57,477 bases of DNA, filler included, from Sphacelaria rigidula (GCA_964200075.2; 5 parts of 5 records of this genome joined end to end with filler, not necessarily neighbours in it), one strand, 5' to 3'; positions 24,541-36,530 are shown, counted from the first letter of the whole stretch. Program-made: numbers and translations. Notes: generated from the sequence alone by a model not told the origin.

Positions 24541-26419
24541 TATCGAACATGAGCACTTCGTGGCCAGTTCCAATACCTCTTGACATGCACGAAGTTTCAA
24601 TGCACTTCGTGGCCAGTCCCAGTGCACTTCCTACCAGCGAAGAAGGGTCCCAAGTGTTGGAATATCCTCACGCTCACGTTACACCCATACATTCTCGCAC
24701 CGTAAATGCCCCACGTGCATCATCAGCGTACGTCGACACCATCTGTAATAGGAAACGAGTTCGTCGATATGGACAAAGGTGAGGCCCCTTTAAATGGCCC
24801 GCACTCTTGCTGGTATATACGACAATTCTTGAACATTTTCGCGTCTGGCGGTGCTCAATTTGAGAATGTGGGCGCTGGAATTTGGACACGACACTTTTAT
24901 CGTCTCGGGCAACATTGCTTGGGACGCCAAGAAAAAAATAAAACACAAAGTTCAAGCGATTTGGAATTTCAGCGAAAACTGGAAGAATATCATATCTCTG
25001 CAGAAAAAAACGAAATAGGGCGGCATCCCCAGAAACATTGTACGCACGTGCCTGCAGGAGATCCCGGTAAAAATTCGACCAAAACTCCTGAAATTGGGCT
25101 CAGTCTGGCAACTTTTGTGTGATATCGCTGCGCCCTTGTGACCCATGCGACACAGGAGAATCCAGTTACCATGTGATACAGGAAACTCCAGCGATGGAGG
25201 TCAGGAGGTCACGAGTTCATAGCGACAAGCTTAAATCGGGCTGGTTCGGGAAATTTGAGAAGTTGTCGTGTGATGTGCGTTTGTATGTCTTATGCCTGGC
25301 CCAGCTCGTACAAGTTGGGACATGGACCTCGCTTTCCTCGAAGATAACATCTAGTACTCTGGAGAGCAGAGTGAGTTGCAGTCACTTACTACTACTTCCT
25401 TTCTCGGCCTTCTCTTGTTCACTTTGGGTGCGTGTATATATTTTTTGCCGCGGCTGGATCCCCTTGTGTGACAACCAATCTTGGTGGTTGTGGACTTCCG
25501 ACTACTTTTTTTTCGTACCGATTTTTCGCGTGGCGTGGCCATTTTCATTTCCCCTCTGCGGTACAAGCACACCAAGCTGTTGTAATATGTCAATACCTGG
25601 GATTGGTCACAATACCTCTTGATATGCACGAAGGACGATATTTTGTCTTAAAATGTACTGCTTCGACGATTTCGATCGATGCGGGAAGGGCTGTACCCTC
25701 CGTTTCCATTATCGGACAGGACTTATTCACTTAGTTTTGAAGGACCATTCAGCGACATACTACTGTACCGGATTCGGGGGGATCACGGGCTCATGATCAA
25801 TCATTATATAAGGTTTTTTAGGGTCGTTTTTCCGCGGTCTTAATAAAAGAGTTCGTAATCTGCCCCCCACCCGCATATGCGAATCGCCCAGATACATTCC
25901 AAGGAGGAGGATATTTTAGGTATCAAAGCTCCGATGGTGTCACGGTATCATGGTCCGACTAAAACCGTCAGGTCAGCAGAAGGCGAATTCGATTCCCAAG
26001 ATATGACAACGTTTTCGTGAGATTGAGAGTAGAGCGCTGATTGAGAGTGGCTTTGATCATTCGCTTTAACTTAGTCATCTTTTCATTCCGTGTGTGCTGT
26101 TCTTTGCCTCCATCACTAGCGTGTGCCTACAGCTGTACACGTCGATATCCTACTCAGGGACATGAAGGACCTCAGTGGCGAGCTGCTGCAGGAAGCATAT
26201 TGGGCCTCGTAGAGGGGCATTTCCGAACAGAAACGATTAATTCACTATTTGACCGCTTTTCACTCTTAATCGTATCCCCTACTCTCAATCTCACGAAAAC
26301 ATTGTTAGATGCGCTTGCGCTCTTGTCAAGTAGTTTTGTGAAAAAAGGATCCTGATCTGATTTGCGTCGTTCAATAAGTGACATCCTGAGTACTGCAGCA
26401 AAAATAGATTATTCAACGG

Positions 26420-26560
26420 GAAGAGTCGGCGAGGTGTGGGAGCGCTCATCCAATCCGCAACACTAGTTTGCAAGGCGCATATCGGTGGAGATATTGGCTG
26501 ATCCCTCGAGACCACGGACTTGTCCCGAGGAAGGAGACGGGTTGGAAGTGTTAAAATAAA
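26420..26560 (+). mobile_element. SINE 3' fragment
   Basis: GATCCCTCGAGACCACGGACTTGTCCCGAGGAAGG matches the SINE 3' body. Confidence 0.6.
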
Positions 26561-27391
26561 GGTGTCAAGATGGAAATGTGTAGGTGCGATTGTGCATGTT
26601 CTTACGAGGTTAGTTAGTTCACCACTTGGTAGACATGGAAAATTCTCGACAATTTATTATTTCGAGTAACTCTAACCCTAAAAAATAAATGCCATCAGCT
26701 CGAAGCGTTCGCGCGTGGCACGGCAGCACAAAAAGCGTTTGCACCATCGGAAATCATGAAGCCGTACGCAACTCGACTAGGCCTCGCATAATAACTTAAA
26801 GGAAACATGATGATGTCGAATAGTACGTATTTCCAAGACGGAGAAGCTCGGGGCGCATGTATTATTTAACCTTTGGACCGCGAAGGTAGTCCACCTGACT
26901 CGTGGATACTTTTTGCAAGTGAAATCGATGCTGCATCAGCACACCTCCGTACTCCCGCTTTCTACGGGGTAATGCCGGACCAAAACGAATACATGCGGAT
27001 GATATTTTTCGCAGACTTCCATTCCGTTCCGATTTCATTTCCACAGGTTGACACTCTACTGTTCAGGAGTGATTCAAACAACCTACGTACATCAACCAGT
27101 ACACCATCGATTTCGTCGAAAGCTACTGAAACACTATAAACCCCCGCCCAGCCCAGTTTTCGCCATTCGATACGGCAGGGAACACAAGCAAAATCCAGCT
27201 CCCTAGAGATCACGCAGCAAAATTCTGATCACACTTCCCTACATCAAACACCAGGGTTCAACATTAAAGACGATATTCGGTATACTATTGCTAAAAAGGT
27301 GAGAGAATGGCAATCCCGCTTCCGGCGGTACATGTTCAAGAAAACTGCTACACTTGCTTCAAAACGATACTGAGTAGAAGAGGATCAAAAT

Positions 27392-28582
27392 TCAAGGCGG
27401 GCAAGAGCCGAGGTCTTTCAGAAGCCTCTCCGCGACCCGCGCTTTGTCAACCGACCCGACGCCCTCGATAACAGCACAACCCCGTCCCACTGCATTTCTG
27501 CACGACAGTGACCGATGGTGACGCCGCAACTCCACTGAAAGTTGTTCCCCACAACGGCACGCCGCGGCGAGCACGCCCAAGGCACGTCTCGCTACATGGA
27601 TGGGAGCTGTAGCGGCAAGTGGAGAGCAACGAGATGCAGGAGCATCATGGTCGCCGCCGGCACGATCTGATGTCCTCTGCGTCGTGCTCCACACCCGCAC
27701 GCATGATGCTGAGGTGTCCGTCGCTCCGCCTTCGCCGTCGACTTCGGCCGCGGTACTACTGCCTGTGGTAGTGACGGAGCTGACAGCCATACGTGTCGTT
27801 GTACCGTGCGTAATACTCTGTCCATCTTTGAGGATTGTATTTACTTTCCGCTCCACCGCGTTGGTGGCCCCTTGCCGAATTTTTCCCGCGACGAGGTCAT
27901 CCTTTCCTTGCTTCCTCTCCTCGGGTGTTCGCCGTTGTCGCTGTTGCCGGCCCAGAAAACAAAATGTCGCGTGGGCAAGGGCTTCGATAACACATGTGTG
28001 TTCTCCTGCCGCCGCCCGCCCGCGCTCGAAATCTCCACTATCTCCACCATCACCAACATCACCGACACCAAAATGATCAAAGCCACCACTACCACCAGCA
28101 TCACTACCATCATGAACACCAGTACCTCCACCACCTCCTCCATCCGCCGATTCGCTTTCGTGACAAGCGCTGGCGGCGCCGGTTACAATACACCCCGCGC
28201 TGTTTCTCGTGGCATTAACCATGGAGTTTGTGGCGGCGGAAATCGAGTTTTTCGACAGTATCCGACCGGCGGTGCAATTGTCCTGCGCGACAGATGCGGG
28301 ACAAAAAGATGGAGTAGCCACCACAGTCGTCAGATACTCGGGTAGGCTTCCTGTCGCTGCCACAGAGCTGTGAAGATACGACCCGGGATCGCTATCGCGC
28401 CCGACCACAAGTTGTCGTGTGAGACGCAGGATCTCTTGCGCGAAACCCGCGGGGGAACTTGAGTCGCTTGTACTAGAAGCAGCAGCGACAGTCGGCAGCG
28501 CCTGGGCGCCCCTCACCTTGTCGACATCACAATCATCCCCGTTGACATTTTCTTGTTGCCCGATGCTGTCGTCAGACGATAG

Positions 28583-28621
<39 letters not shown>

Positions 28622-30230
28622 CGACGCTGTAGCCATCGTTGGCAATTGAACTGAAACCTTCTTTGCGTCTCGGCCGGCTTCGGATTGCAAAAGGCTGCAA
28701 CTCCAAGTACAGGAAGAACCTCCCCGACCTCCGCGTAGGGTTTTCCTGAGGAGCTGCTCCAGCACACCTTCGGTGGGAATCTGCAGCGGAACTAGCTCTT
28801 CACCCGTATCTATGCGTACCCACAGGGCACCAAGGTCACTGCTGTTGCTCATCCCTGCTCCGTCTCTTCTCTGCGTCTTGTTCCTGCTGTATTCCACAGG
28901 GCCGCACGTGTTTTCACCGTGAAGGGCTGTTCCGCCACCGCACAGTGAAGGAGCCGAGGCAGAAGCATGCGCCTCTGCAATGTGTTCTAGTGGTGGATCG
29001 ACTTCAGGTGCAGCTGCCGCTGCCCCCAAAGGCGCTTCCGGCGCTTCCCCTTCCCCTGCCCCGACTATTACAAACGACTCGACGAACCCAACCACAGGAT
29101 TCGGGCTAGGGTGTCCTCTAGCGTCTGGGCGCTCCATCTTCAGCTGCTCAGTATGCGGGCTGCAGCCTGCATTTGATACATTTGCATTTGGACAATTAAT
29201 CACCCCCAGTCTTATGGCCGTCTCCGCCGCTCGATTTCTCGATGTTGCCGCCGCCACCTGCAACCCTAAGCGCTGTCCCTCGCGCCGTACAGCCCGCCGC
29301 CCTTCCTCCCCCTCCGCCCACCTCCTCAGACCCAAGAGCGGCTGTGCGATGTGCCCCGCGGGGGTACCAGCGATTGTCGCCGGAGGCGTCGCACCACTAC
29401 CACCGACAATGGCCGTCATTGATGACCATCTCAAAGTTTCCAGCGGAGTGTTGCATGCTGCACCAGTGTCACCACGACAAGCGGGAGCCAGGGCTGCGGC
29501 GGTGATCGGGGGTGCAGCGGAGGGAGCATGGTCAGCCCTCGAGGTTGCTGTTGTTGCTGCCGCTGGCGATGATGACGATGACGAGTGACGGCTGTTGCCA
29601 ATCTCTGCATCGACTGAATAGCTACTGCCACCACCACAGCTGCCGCCGCCGGGCATGCGCAGCGTCGATGACGACCCCGAAGCATTGAGGACCGCCCAGC
29701 ATGACCCGGGAGAGCTGCGCAGAATACGGTGATGCTGCACTAGTTCCCGCCGTATTTGTGTTTCCAGACGAACGCACGCCCCCGATTGGTCCGTCATGTA
29801 AACGCGAAACGTCACCAGTTCCCCCGCTTTCCCGCACGTCGACGACTCGTCCCCGCCGTCACCTCCGCCATCGCCACAGGCTTCAGCACCATTATTATCA
29901 CGATCACCATCCTTGGCAGAATGACTACCTCGGACGGTACTACTCTGGGCGGTGTTTCGGTCATCTTTCCCTCCTCCCCGCCATACGTTGGGGGCTGTCT
30001 CCGGTGAAGATGGAACAATCATGACCTCCTGGCCCCCGCCGGCAGCAGCTGCCGCCGTTGAGTGTTCCTCCCGCGTGACTGCGTAAATACACCCCACGAA
30101 ATCCACGCCCTCGCCCACGATAGACGAGCGTGCCAACTTCGGCCGTCGCCGGTGGCTATTACTTGTCGCACCAACCCCTTCCTCAGCAGCCGTCAGCTCA
30201 GCCAAGGGTGTACAGTGGCGAGTGGAGTAC
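27392..30230 (-). CDS. BRCA2: BRCA2-like protein, terminal exon (OB3 plus long C-terminal extension)
   Basis: Lies within the 976-aa ORF; acceptor ctgcttgcag|G at 30230 is in phase with the previous exon; TGA at 27392-27394. OB3-like pieces in the expected order: YSTRHCTPLAEL, GVDFVGCIYAV (cf. EVDLIGFVVSV), FRVYMTDQSGACVRLE (cf. VYLSDECYNLLAIK), PGSCWAVLN, and the helix HIAQPLLGLRRWAE, separated by low-complexity inserts. 5' exons (BRC repeats, helical domain, OB1) are not on this contig. Confidence 0.85.
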
Positions 30231-30481
30231 CTGCAAGCAGTTGTGGAGCATGTATTGGAGGAGAGCAGGGAAAAGGCCAAAGACGTCTCGGCATCAACGG
30301 GCAGGTAACAGCATTTATTCACCTCATTGGAAACTGCTGGGTCACCCCATGCACCATTCGCAAGCCTCCTGTCCTTTCAGACGCTGCGGAGTATTTTGCA
30401 CCTGGAACAACCGCGAGAAAAATGGAATAGCCAATGCTGTACTCACCAATGTAAGCAACCATGGAGGGAAACGCCACATAC

Positions 30482-30634
30482 CTAGGATCCGGTGGCTGAG
30501 AGGCGCAGCCCGGCGATGGTACGCTCCGCGGGCCGAGCTGGTTAGAACGCATGACTTCAATCTTTGTTTGCCGCCCGGCCGAGAGGTCTAGAGAACACCC
30601 CGGAACGTGTTGACGGCAGATTGATGCCGCAACC
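30482..30634 (-). CDS. BRCA2: BRCA2-like protein, internal exon (end of OB2)
   Basis: Pyrimidine-rich acceptor ...acgcag|G and donor AG|gtatgt; 153 bp, phase 2/2, joins both neighbours in frame. Encodes VAASICRQHVPGCSLDLSAGRQTKIEVM, compare BRCA2 IQLAATKKTQYQQL. Confidence 0.78.
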
Positions 30635-30949
30635 CTGCGTGTTGGGGCGTGAGATAAGAAGAAAAAGGGGCGGGCGGCGAGGAGGGGGGGGTTATTGTTA
30701 ATCGGAAATTCGATGGTGAACATAAGGGAACACCAAGGCAGAGTGGTATGGCGTCATGCCATGGACATTGGAGCTTGTAACAAGGATACCCTAGTACCCC
30801 AGTTTTGTTTGTAAGGTCGAAAATAAAAAAATAAAAACATACTGACACGTGTCGAAACCAGTGTGGGGGAAAGCTGAGGCTTCGAAGCGCAGCGGATATT
30901 ATAGTACTAAGGGGGGGGGGGGGGGGGGGCGATCTGGAAAGCAGCTGAT

Positions 30950-31165
30950 TGCAATCGTTGAAAACGTAACGGCGTGAGTGGCATATGAAATTTTGACGAA
31001 AACGTCGACGCGGGAGTGCTTATAGTCATGCTTCAATCCGCGATACTAAAATGTGAGGTTTTTACAGTGTGTGAGAGGTATGTACAGTGTGTGAGGAAGA
31101 GATGGGTCGATCGCTTGAGACAACGGATTCGTCCTCAGGGAGGGGAGACGTTGAAAGTATGATGT
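30950..31165 (+). mobile_element. Degenerate SINE in a BRCA2 intron
   Basis: GGGAGTGCTTATAGTCATG...CAATCCGCGATAC...GAGACAACGGATTCGTCC matches the SINE body. Confidence 0.55.
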
Positions 31166-31316
31166 AAACATATACACATAAATACGTACTCATGTATGTA
31201 CAGATGAATCCAGCTCAATCCTCTGACCGCCAGGGTGGTTCATCTATATTCAATGGCCTCATTTTTCTCTTGGAAAAACAGCGGCACTTGAAGAAAACAA
31301 CGTTGTCCTACTGTAC

Positions 31317-31784
31317 CTGTGCAGCCGCAGCTCAGACCCCTCCGCAAGCATCGCCGCCAACATCTCATCCGGCTCCCAAACCTTCAGCACTGCAACCATC
31401 GGCGGCAATCTCCGCCTCCTTCTCCCCCCACGCTTCCCTTGACTCGGAATACCACCCCCGTCTCTGTTGCCACCCTCATCGGCCACCTCGCACCCTTCGC
31501 TCCGCAACCCCCCCACAACCGTAATCCCGTCCTTTGTCGGACGAACACCTTGCGCTTCCGCCCCGGTGGTACGGGAGCCTACGACCAATCCGGTCACCTC
31601 GTCAATCTCTGCTGCGGCCGGGGCGGCGTCGGCTACGGCGGTGTTGATGTCTTTGTTGTCATTCTTGTGATTATTGTTGTCGTTGTTGCTGCTGCTGCTG
31701 CCCATGTCGAGGGCGGAAGAGGAAACGTCGGCACAGCCGACATGATGAGGACATGTGCATGCCACTCGCAGCGTGATCAATCGC
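31317..31784 (-). CDS. BRCA2: BRCA2-like protein, internal exon (OB2 part of the DNA-binding domain)
   Basis: Acceptor ttctttctggcag|G and donor AG|gtacag; 468 bp, phase 2/2, open frame. Encodes RLITLRVAC...VLKVWEPDEMLAAMLAEGSELRLHR, resembling BRCA2 OB2 (human VWKLRIVS...[27 protein letters not shown], recalled rather than aligned). Confidence 0.82.
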
Positions 31785-32739
31785 CTGCCAGAAAGAAGGG
31801 AGGGGGAGGGGAGTCAACACGACGTCACGGGTTATATCCGTCATCATTTTCGGCAGCATAGGGAAGCACGAGGGTAGGGGTATAATCATCCTCGTCGGTT
31901 TGATGCGAATGAAAACAGATAAGTCATTTAGTATATATAAAAAACATTTCGAACTCACAAGCGTGAAGCATACTTTGTAACGAGGCGTCCATGAGATTCA
32001 ATTCTGATTCTAGTGCGCAAGTTCCTCCGCAGCCGCTCCGGGAGATGACTGTTCGGGCCAATGCCAATGCTAGGGGTCCAGTTAGCGGATTCGCACTTTA
32101 CTTTGTGCGGGGGTACACATGCGTTCGCGACCGTTCGAACGGACGCGCGATCGCGGTGGTCCTGCAATGCTTCCGGCGGGGTTGAATATTTCGAGAGATT
32201 CTCACGAGGGCTGGGCAAGGCAAGTACCGAGACCCTCGAAAAAGACGGACGGGACCGGGGCCCAGCCCCGGGTCCCGTACGGCTTGATATATATATATAT
32301 ATATACGTGCCATCATGAATATACCGCCTTCGCCCGAGGGTCCTTGGTGCGCCTTGGGGTTGGAGGTTGGGAATACGGTTAGGATCAAGGTTAAGGTCTT
32401 GTACAAAATACAACATTTGCTCAGTCATGAAAAATTGACGACAACTTTGCGTAAGCGTACCTCAAACCTCCCAGGGTATCACAGACGCATCCTCCCAACA
32501 ATACCGTATTCCGCGCGAACGTGAGTGGTTGCGGGAGCTGTCCCTCACGTCTTTTCTCAGCAATGCAAGCAGGCGTCCTCGGTGATATTCACGCAAAACT
32601 CCATGATGCACTTGAATCAATACGAGATATCTGACAATGATATAACAGTCCTGCCCTTCATCCACCACCCGAGGCCTCACAGCTCACGTGGCCACTACTG
32701 CGCATCACCTCTACCGTACACAGTGTACGTATGCGTTGG

Positions 32740-32990
32740 TCCGAAGCTCATGAGAGTGGGGCGGCCGGCGCGTGCACTGCGCCAAGTCAACGGGGCGGTT
32801 CAGTGGGTTCGACCTCTATACGGCCTTGAGCAAAGCTTCCCGAACGCTCAAGGCGCCTACCCCACACGACTGCCGCGAGGCGGTCTACCCAAGCCTACGG
32901 GTAATCAGCACACGAACCCACCCGTTCGCGGGGTAAGCGCCGGGTGGGGTTCCCTCCTTCCTTCAAGGGAAAACAAAACACACAAAAAAA
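32740..32990 (+). repeat. Dispersed ~240-bp repeat (probable non-LTR 3' end or SINE)
   Basis: CCGAAGCTC...GGCGCGTG.ACTGCGCCAAGT...CCTTGAGC...GCGGGGTAAG...CCTCCTTCC.TCAAGGGA; second copy at 42391-42625. Confidence 0.7.
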
Positions 32991-33074
32991 AACTGCCTGT
33001 ACTGTACAGCGCGCACGTATATCCCGAGATGACAGCACTGGTTCAAGTGAAGGTATACATACACCGGAGATGAA

Positions 33075-33200
33075 TTATTTTTTTTACCGTCACACTTTGC
33101 CAACCCCTCCCCCTTCCTCGAGGCGAGTTCATGGTCTCGAGAGAGATCAAATTCATCTTTCCCCCGATGCACACCTTGTTAGGTGTTGTCGAAATAAGAT
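33075..33200 (-). mobile_element. SINE 3' fragment
   Basis: TCACACTTTG..CCCCTCCCCTTCCTCG..GAGTTCATGGTCTCGAG is the reverse complement of the SINE 3' end. Confidence 0.55.
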
Positions 33201-33249
33201 TTTTGCAGCTCAAAGTCTCACGGTTTCACGACAGAAATCAGATACTTGT

Positions 33250-33482
33250 GTGTGTGTGTGCGTGTGTGTGCGTGTGTGTTGTCGTCTCGTCCATTCTGGA
33301 CGCCGGTATACACCTTTCGGTATAAGTGCGCGCACCGGCCGGGGTCGCACAAGATGAAGGCCAACACAGGAGTCACTTTTCCCTTTAGTTCTCGATTTTC
33401 CTCCTGCGGTGTTTGCCTTTATTATTTATCGCGAGAGGGGTTCAGCGGTCCCTTTCCTTCGTCGACCATCAAGTCGAATTTC
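33250..33482 (+). repeat. ~230-bp dispersed repeat with a (TG)n end
   Basis: GTCGTC.C.TCCATTCTGGACGCCGGTATAC...TCGCGAGAGGGGTT.AGC.GTCCCTTTCC...GTCGACC; reverse-complement copy at 53330-53562. Confidence 0.8.
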
Positions 33483-34264
33483 GACACTTGCGCATAAAAC
33501 TTATGGAAAAGAAAACTGAACCCACATCTGCCGACCATCGAAGCCCCGCCTACAGTAGCTAGTCTCAGTTGTACTCGTTACACCACCGAAGCGCGGCGGC
33601 AAGGATGCTTATATTGAAAAATAAAAAAATGGAAATAAGGGGGCGAACTCTGCATTCTCTCATAGCACAAAGCGTGGAAAACTGACATTTTACCATTACC
33701 CAAACATGTGCAGACACCAACTGCACAAAAACAGAACAAAATCCAAGCGTACCGTTTTGTGCCTGGTTCAAGTTACGCTTCTCAGGCGCTCATACACACT
33801 GTAATGGAAAGTTTTACACGCAGTCAACACCGTGACTACCCAGATTTTCAATTTCTCGCGCTAAAAATCATAAATGATTACAGCCTGGATTACTCTCCGT
33901 AACAAAACCAGAATGTAGATTATCTCGGGCACCTGTTGGTGAAAATACATGTCAGTCATTATGACCGTCGGTCAGAGACGTCCACGGGGCGAATTCTGCG
34001 CGACCTCATGCGCTGCTGCTCGTAGCACAGCTGGAGCTGGAGCTGGAGCTGGACCATTTTCAGCGCTATATATTGTAGTTTCCTAAACAGTTACTGTACA
34101 ACTGCCGGATTGCCTGGCACAGTATGTTCGAGTCAACATGAACGAGCAACTGAAATCGTCTTGGAGGTGAAAATTTTGAGCCCCCGTTGAAGTCCATTTA
34201 CAAAATAATAGTGCAGTGCGCATGTGTATATAAATATATTATTATATATATACCATACGTCGGA

Positions 34265-34449
34265 CGAGCACTCGTGGCACTCGTGGCACTCGTGGCACTC
34301 GTGGCACTCGCACTCGTTGGGCTGCTCGTTGGCCGAAAAAATAATAGGGCGAGCACTCGAGTCATCGCTCGTTGTGTAAAAAGTGAATAGGGCGAGCACT
34401 CGAGTCATTGCTCGTTGTGCAAAAAACGAATAGGGCGAGCACTCGAGTC
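34265..34449. repeat. 9-bp (GCACTCGTG)n plus a ~43-bp tandem repeat at the contig end
   Basis: GCACTCGTG about 5 times at 34268-34312; AATAGGGCGAGCACTCGAGTCA... three times, running into the gap. Confidence 0.85.
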
Positions 34450-34549
34450 NNNNNNNNNNNNNNNNNNNNNNNNNNNNNNNNNNNNNNNNNNNNTTAATTA
34501 ATTAANNNNNNNNNNNNNNNNNNNNNNNNNNNNNNNNNNNNNNNNNNNN
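34450..34549. other. Artificial contig-joining linker
   Basis: Same spacer. Confidence 0.97.
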
Positions 34550-34578
34550 GCCCCAAGATAAAAAAATCGAGGTTTTAA

Positions 34579-35600
34579 GGGGGGGGGGGGGGGAGGGCTC
34601 ATGATCATGCATGTCATAGTCATCAATCAGACCATTGACCTCGCATTCCTTCAAAGCCGGGACGGAGCACGCCGGGTTTCCGCCGGGCCAGGCTTGCACT
34701 CGACCACCAGGCGCGGAGCGCCGTGGTATGTTCGGCGAGTCGCATGCAGGGTGAGCTGCATCCTGCTAAGATTGTTCGGCCTGACGCCTACTGACTATCT
34801 TGCATGTGGATGACAGCCCACAATGAGTTGCTTTATTTTCGGGTATCGCCACTTCCGGAGACAGCCACGCGTTCCGCACTGCCTCATGGGTGTTTCACCA
34901 TTTCAATACTGCGTAGTACGATCATCCCCTTTGTGCGGAGGTGAGGTCTCTCACGCCGCACAACATGATCTAGCTCGACTACCATCATGGTGACCACAAA
35001 AAAAACGCGAGCGCGCAAAACAAATTGGTAACCTGGTTGCCTAGCTTACGCCGTGAGTGGCTTGTTTTATAGCGTCATCGCCAACCGACGCCAACCCCAT
35101 ATCGGGTTCGCCCCTACAAAGCCGGGACGTAGCACGCCGGGTTCTCGCCCGACCAGGCTGCACCAAGCGCGAAGCGCCGTCGTGTCTTCGGCGGGTCGCA
35201 TAAACGGTGAGCTGCATCCTGCTAGGATCGTTCGGCCCGAAGCGTACGGGGTATCTTGCATTTGGATCGCAGCCTCGAATGAGTTGCTTTATTTTCTGGT
35301 ATCGCCACTTCCAGAGATAGCCACGGCTTACACACTGCCTCATGGGTGTCTCAACATTTGAACACCACGTAGTACGATCATCCCTATTGTGCGGAGTTGC
35401 AAGGTCTTCCCACCCCGCACAACATGATCTAGCTCGGCGACCATCATGATGACAGCAAAAACAAACGCAAGCGCGCAAAAAAATGGGTAACCTGGTTACC
35501 TAGCTCACGCAGTGGGTGGCGTGTTTTATAGCGCCATCGCCAACCGACGCCAACCGCATAGTAGGAGCAGGGACGGAGCACCCCGGGTTCTCGCCAAACC
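34579..35600 (-). mobile_element. Tandem (~470-bp unit, about 2 copies) 3'-end fragments of a C-tailed LINE-like family
   Basis: CAAAGCCGGGACG.AGCACGCCGGGTT...GGTGAGCTGCATCCTGCTA...GGTATCGCCACTTCC recurs at ~34650 and ~35115; family also at 45899-45964, 46250-46520, 55470-55790 and 57060-57477. Confidence 0.7.
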
Positions 35601-35607
35601 AGGGTAA

Positions 35608-36530
35608 CGGCGGGTGGGCGGGGGCGGCGTACTCATTTGTTGCTTGCCCTAGTCGTGTGACCATTGACCACGTAGCCCTTTCGAGACGGAGCACCGTTCC
35701 TACTCCTAATAGAGACACCTTCAACATTCCGGCGCTCATTACGTTTTTTTCATATATTACACAAAACCTTTTACATATCTGACCCCCGTCCTGTTTCGCC
35801 GCCTGTGGCCACTATCGCCAAGTATAGTCATCGTTTTCTCCCCACTGTCTGATGCATCAAACGATTTCATGCCACCTTTGTTCACGTCCCGCATTTCCCC
35901 CTCTAGCATGTCCCGTTCCTCCTTGTATAGTTAACATTCTGCCACTAGATGACTTATGCTCTCTATTCCCTTGCCACAGAGGCAGGTCTGTTCATCTACT
36001 TCCTCCTCCACACGACTACTAGTATATCTCTTTCTTTTTTCTGCTGCTGTAGGATTTCTACTCTCTACTCCCTTGCCACAGAGGCAGTTCTGTCCATGTA
36101 CTTCCTCCTCCACCCGACTACTGGTATATGTCTTTCTTCTTTCTGGCAGGTCCAGGTCCCCCACCCGGCATCGCAATTTCATATTTTTCGCAGCGTCCAT
36201 TGGGCCATGCAAATATGCCTTCGTTCCGATCCCTTCTCTCAACCACCCTTATATCTTCAGCTGTTCTTCCTCGTCCACCTTGGGTCTGAGCGCTCCTTTC
36301 CCCCTTATTTTCACCACGTCTCTTACTTCTGTCTTGTACCCCGCGCCTTCATCTATGGACAGTATTTCGTCTTCGTTTCCTCCTATCTCCTTCCACATTT
36401 TCTCCACTTCTCTACCCCACCTTATTCCAGCCTTCCCTTTCGTACTTTTCGTCCATACAGCCCTATCAACTATAGCTGGCAACCTCTTTCTCTGCATGTT
36501 CCATACGCTATATTGCCATCACAACTAGGG
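35608..36530 (-). mobile_element. 5'-truncated LINE: ORF2 C-terminus with CCHC knuckle, and 3' UTR
   Basis: RLPAIVDRAVW...GIRWG...YLHGPMDAAK.KLR.RVGDLDLPERRK.YTSSRVEEE...CLCGKGIESISHLVAEC (C-x-C...H...C, typical of non-LTR ORF2 ends); contains stops and a ~93-bp internal tandem duplication; ends in GAGTACGCCGCCCCC. Confidence 0.75.

Noticed and set aside
27600..30591. Plus-strand ORFs overlapping the BRCA2 exon and most other short ORFs in the track
   Set aside because: They are antisense shadows of GC-rich coding sequence or chance ORFs in repeats and microsatellites.
32462..32680. Additional BRCA2 exon
   Set aside because: There is a donor-like GAG|gtacgc, but no good acceptor, an in-frame stop upstream, and no tower/OB2 similarity.
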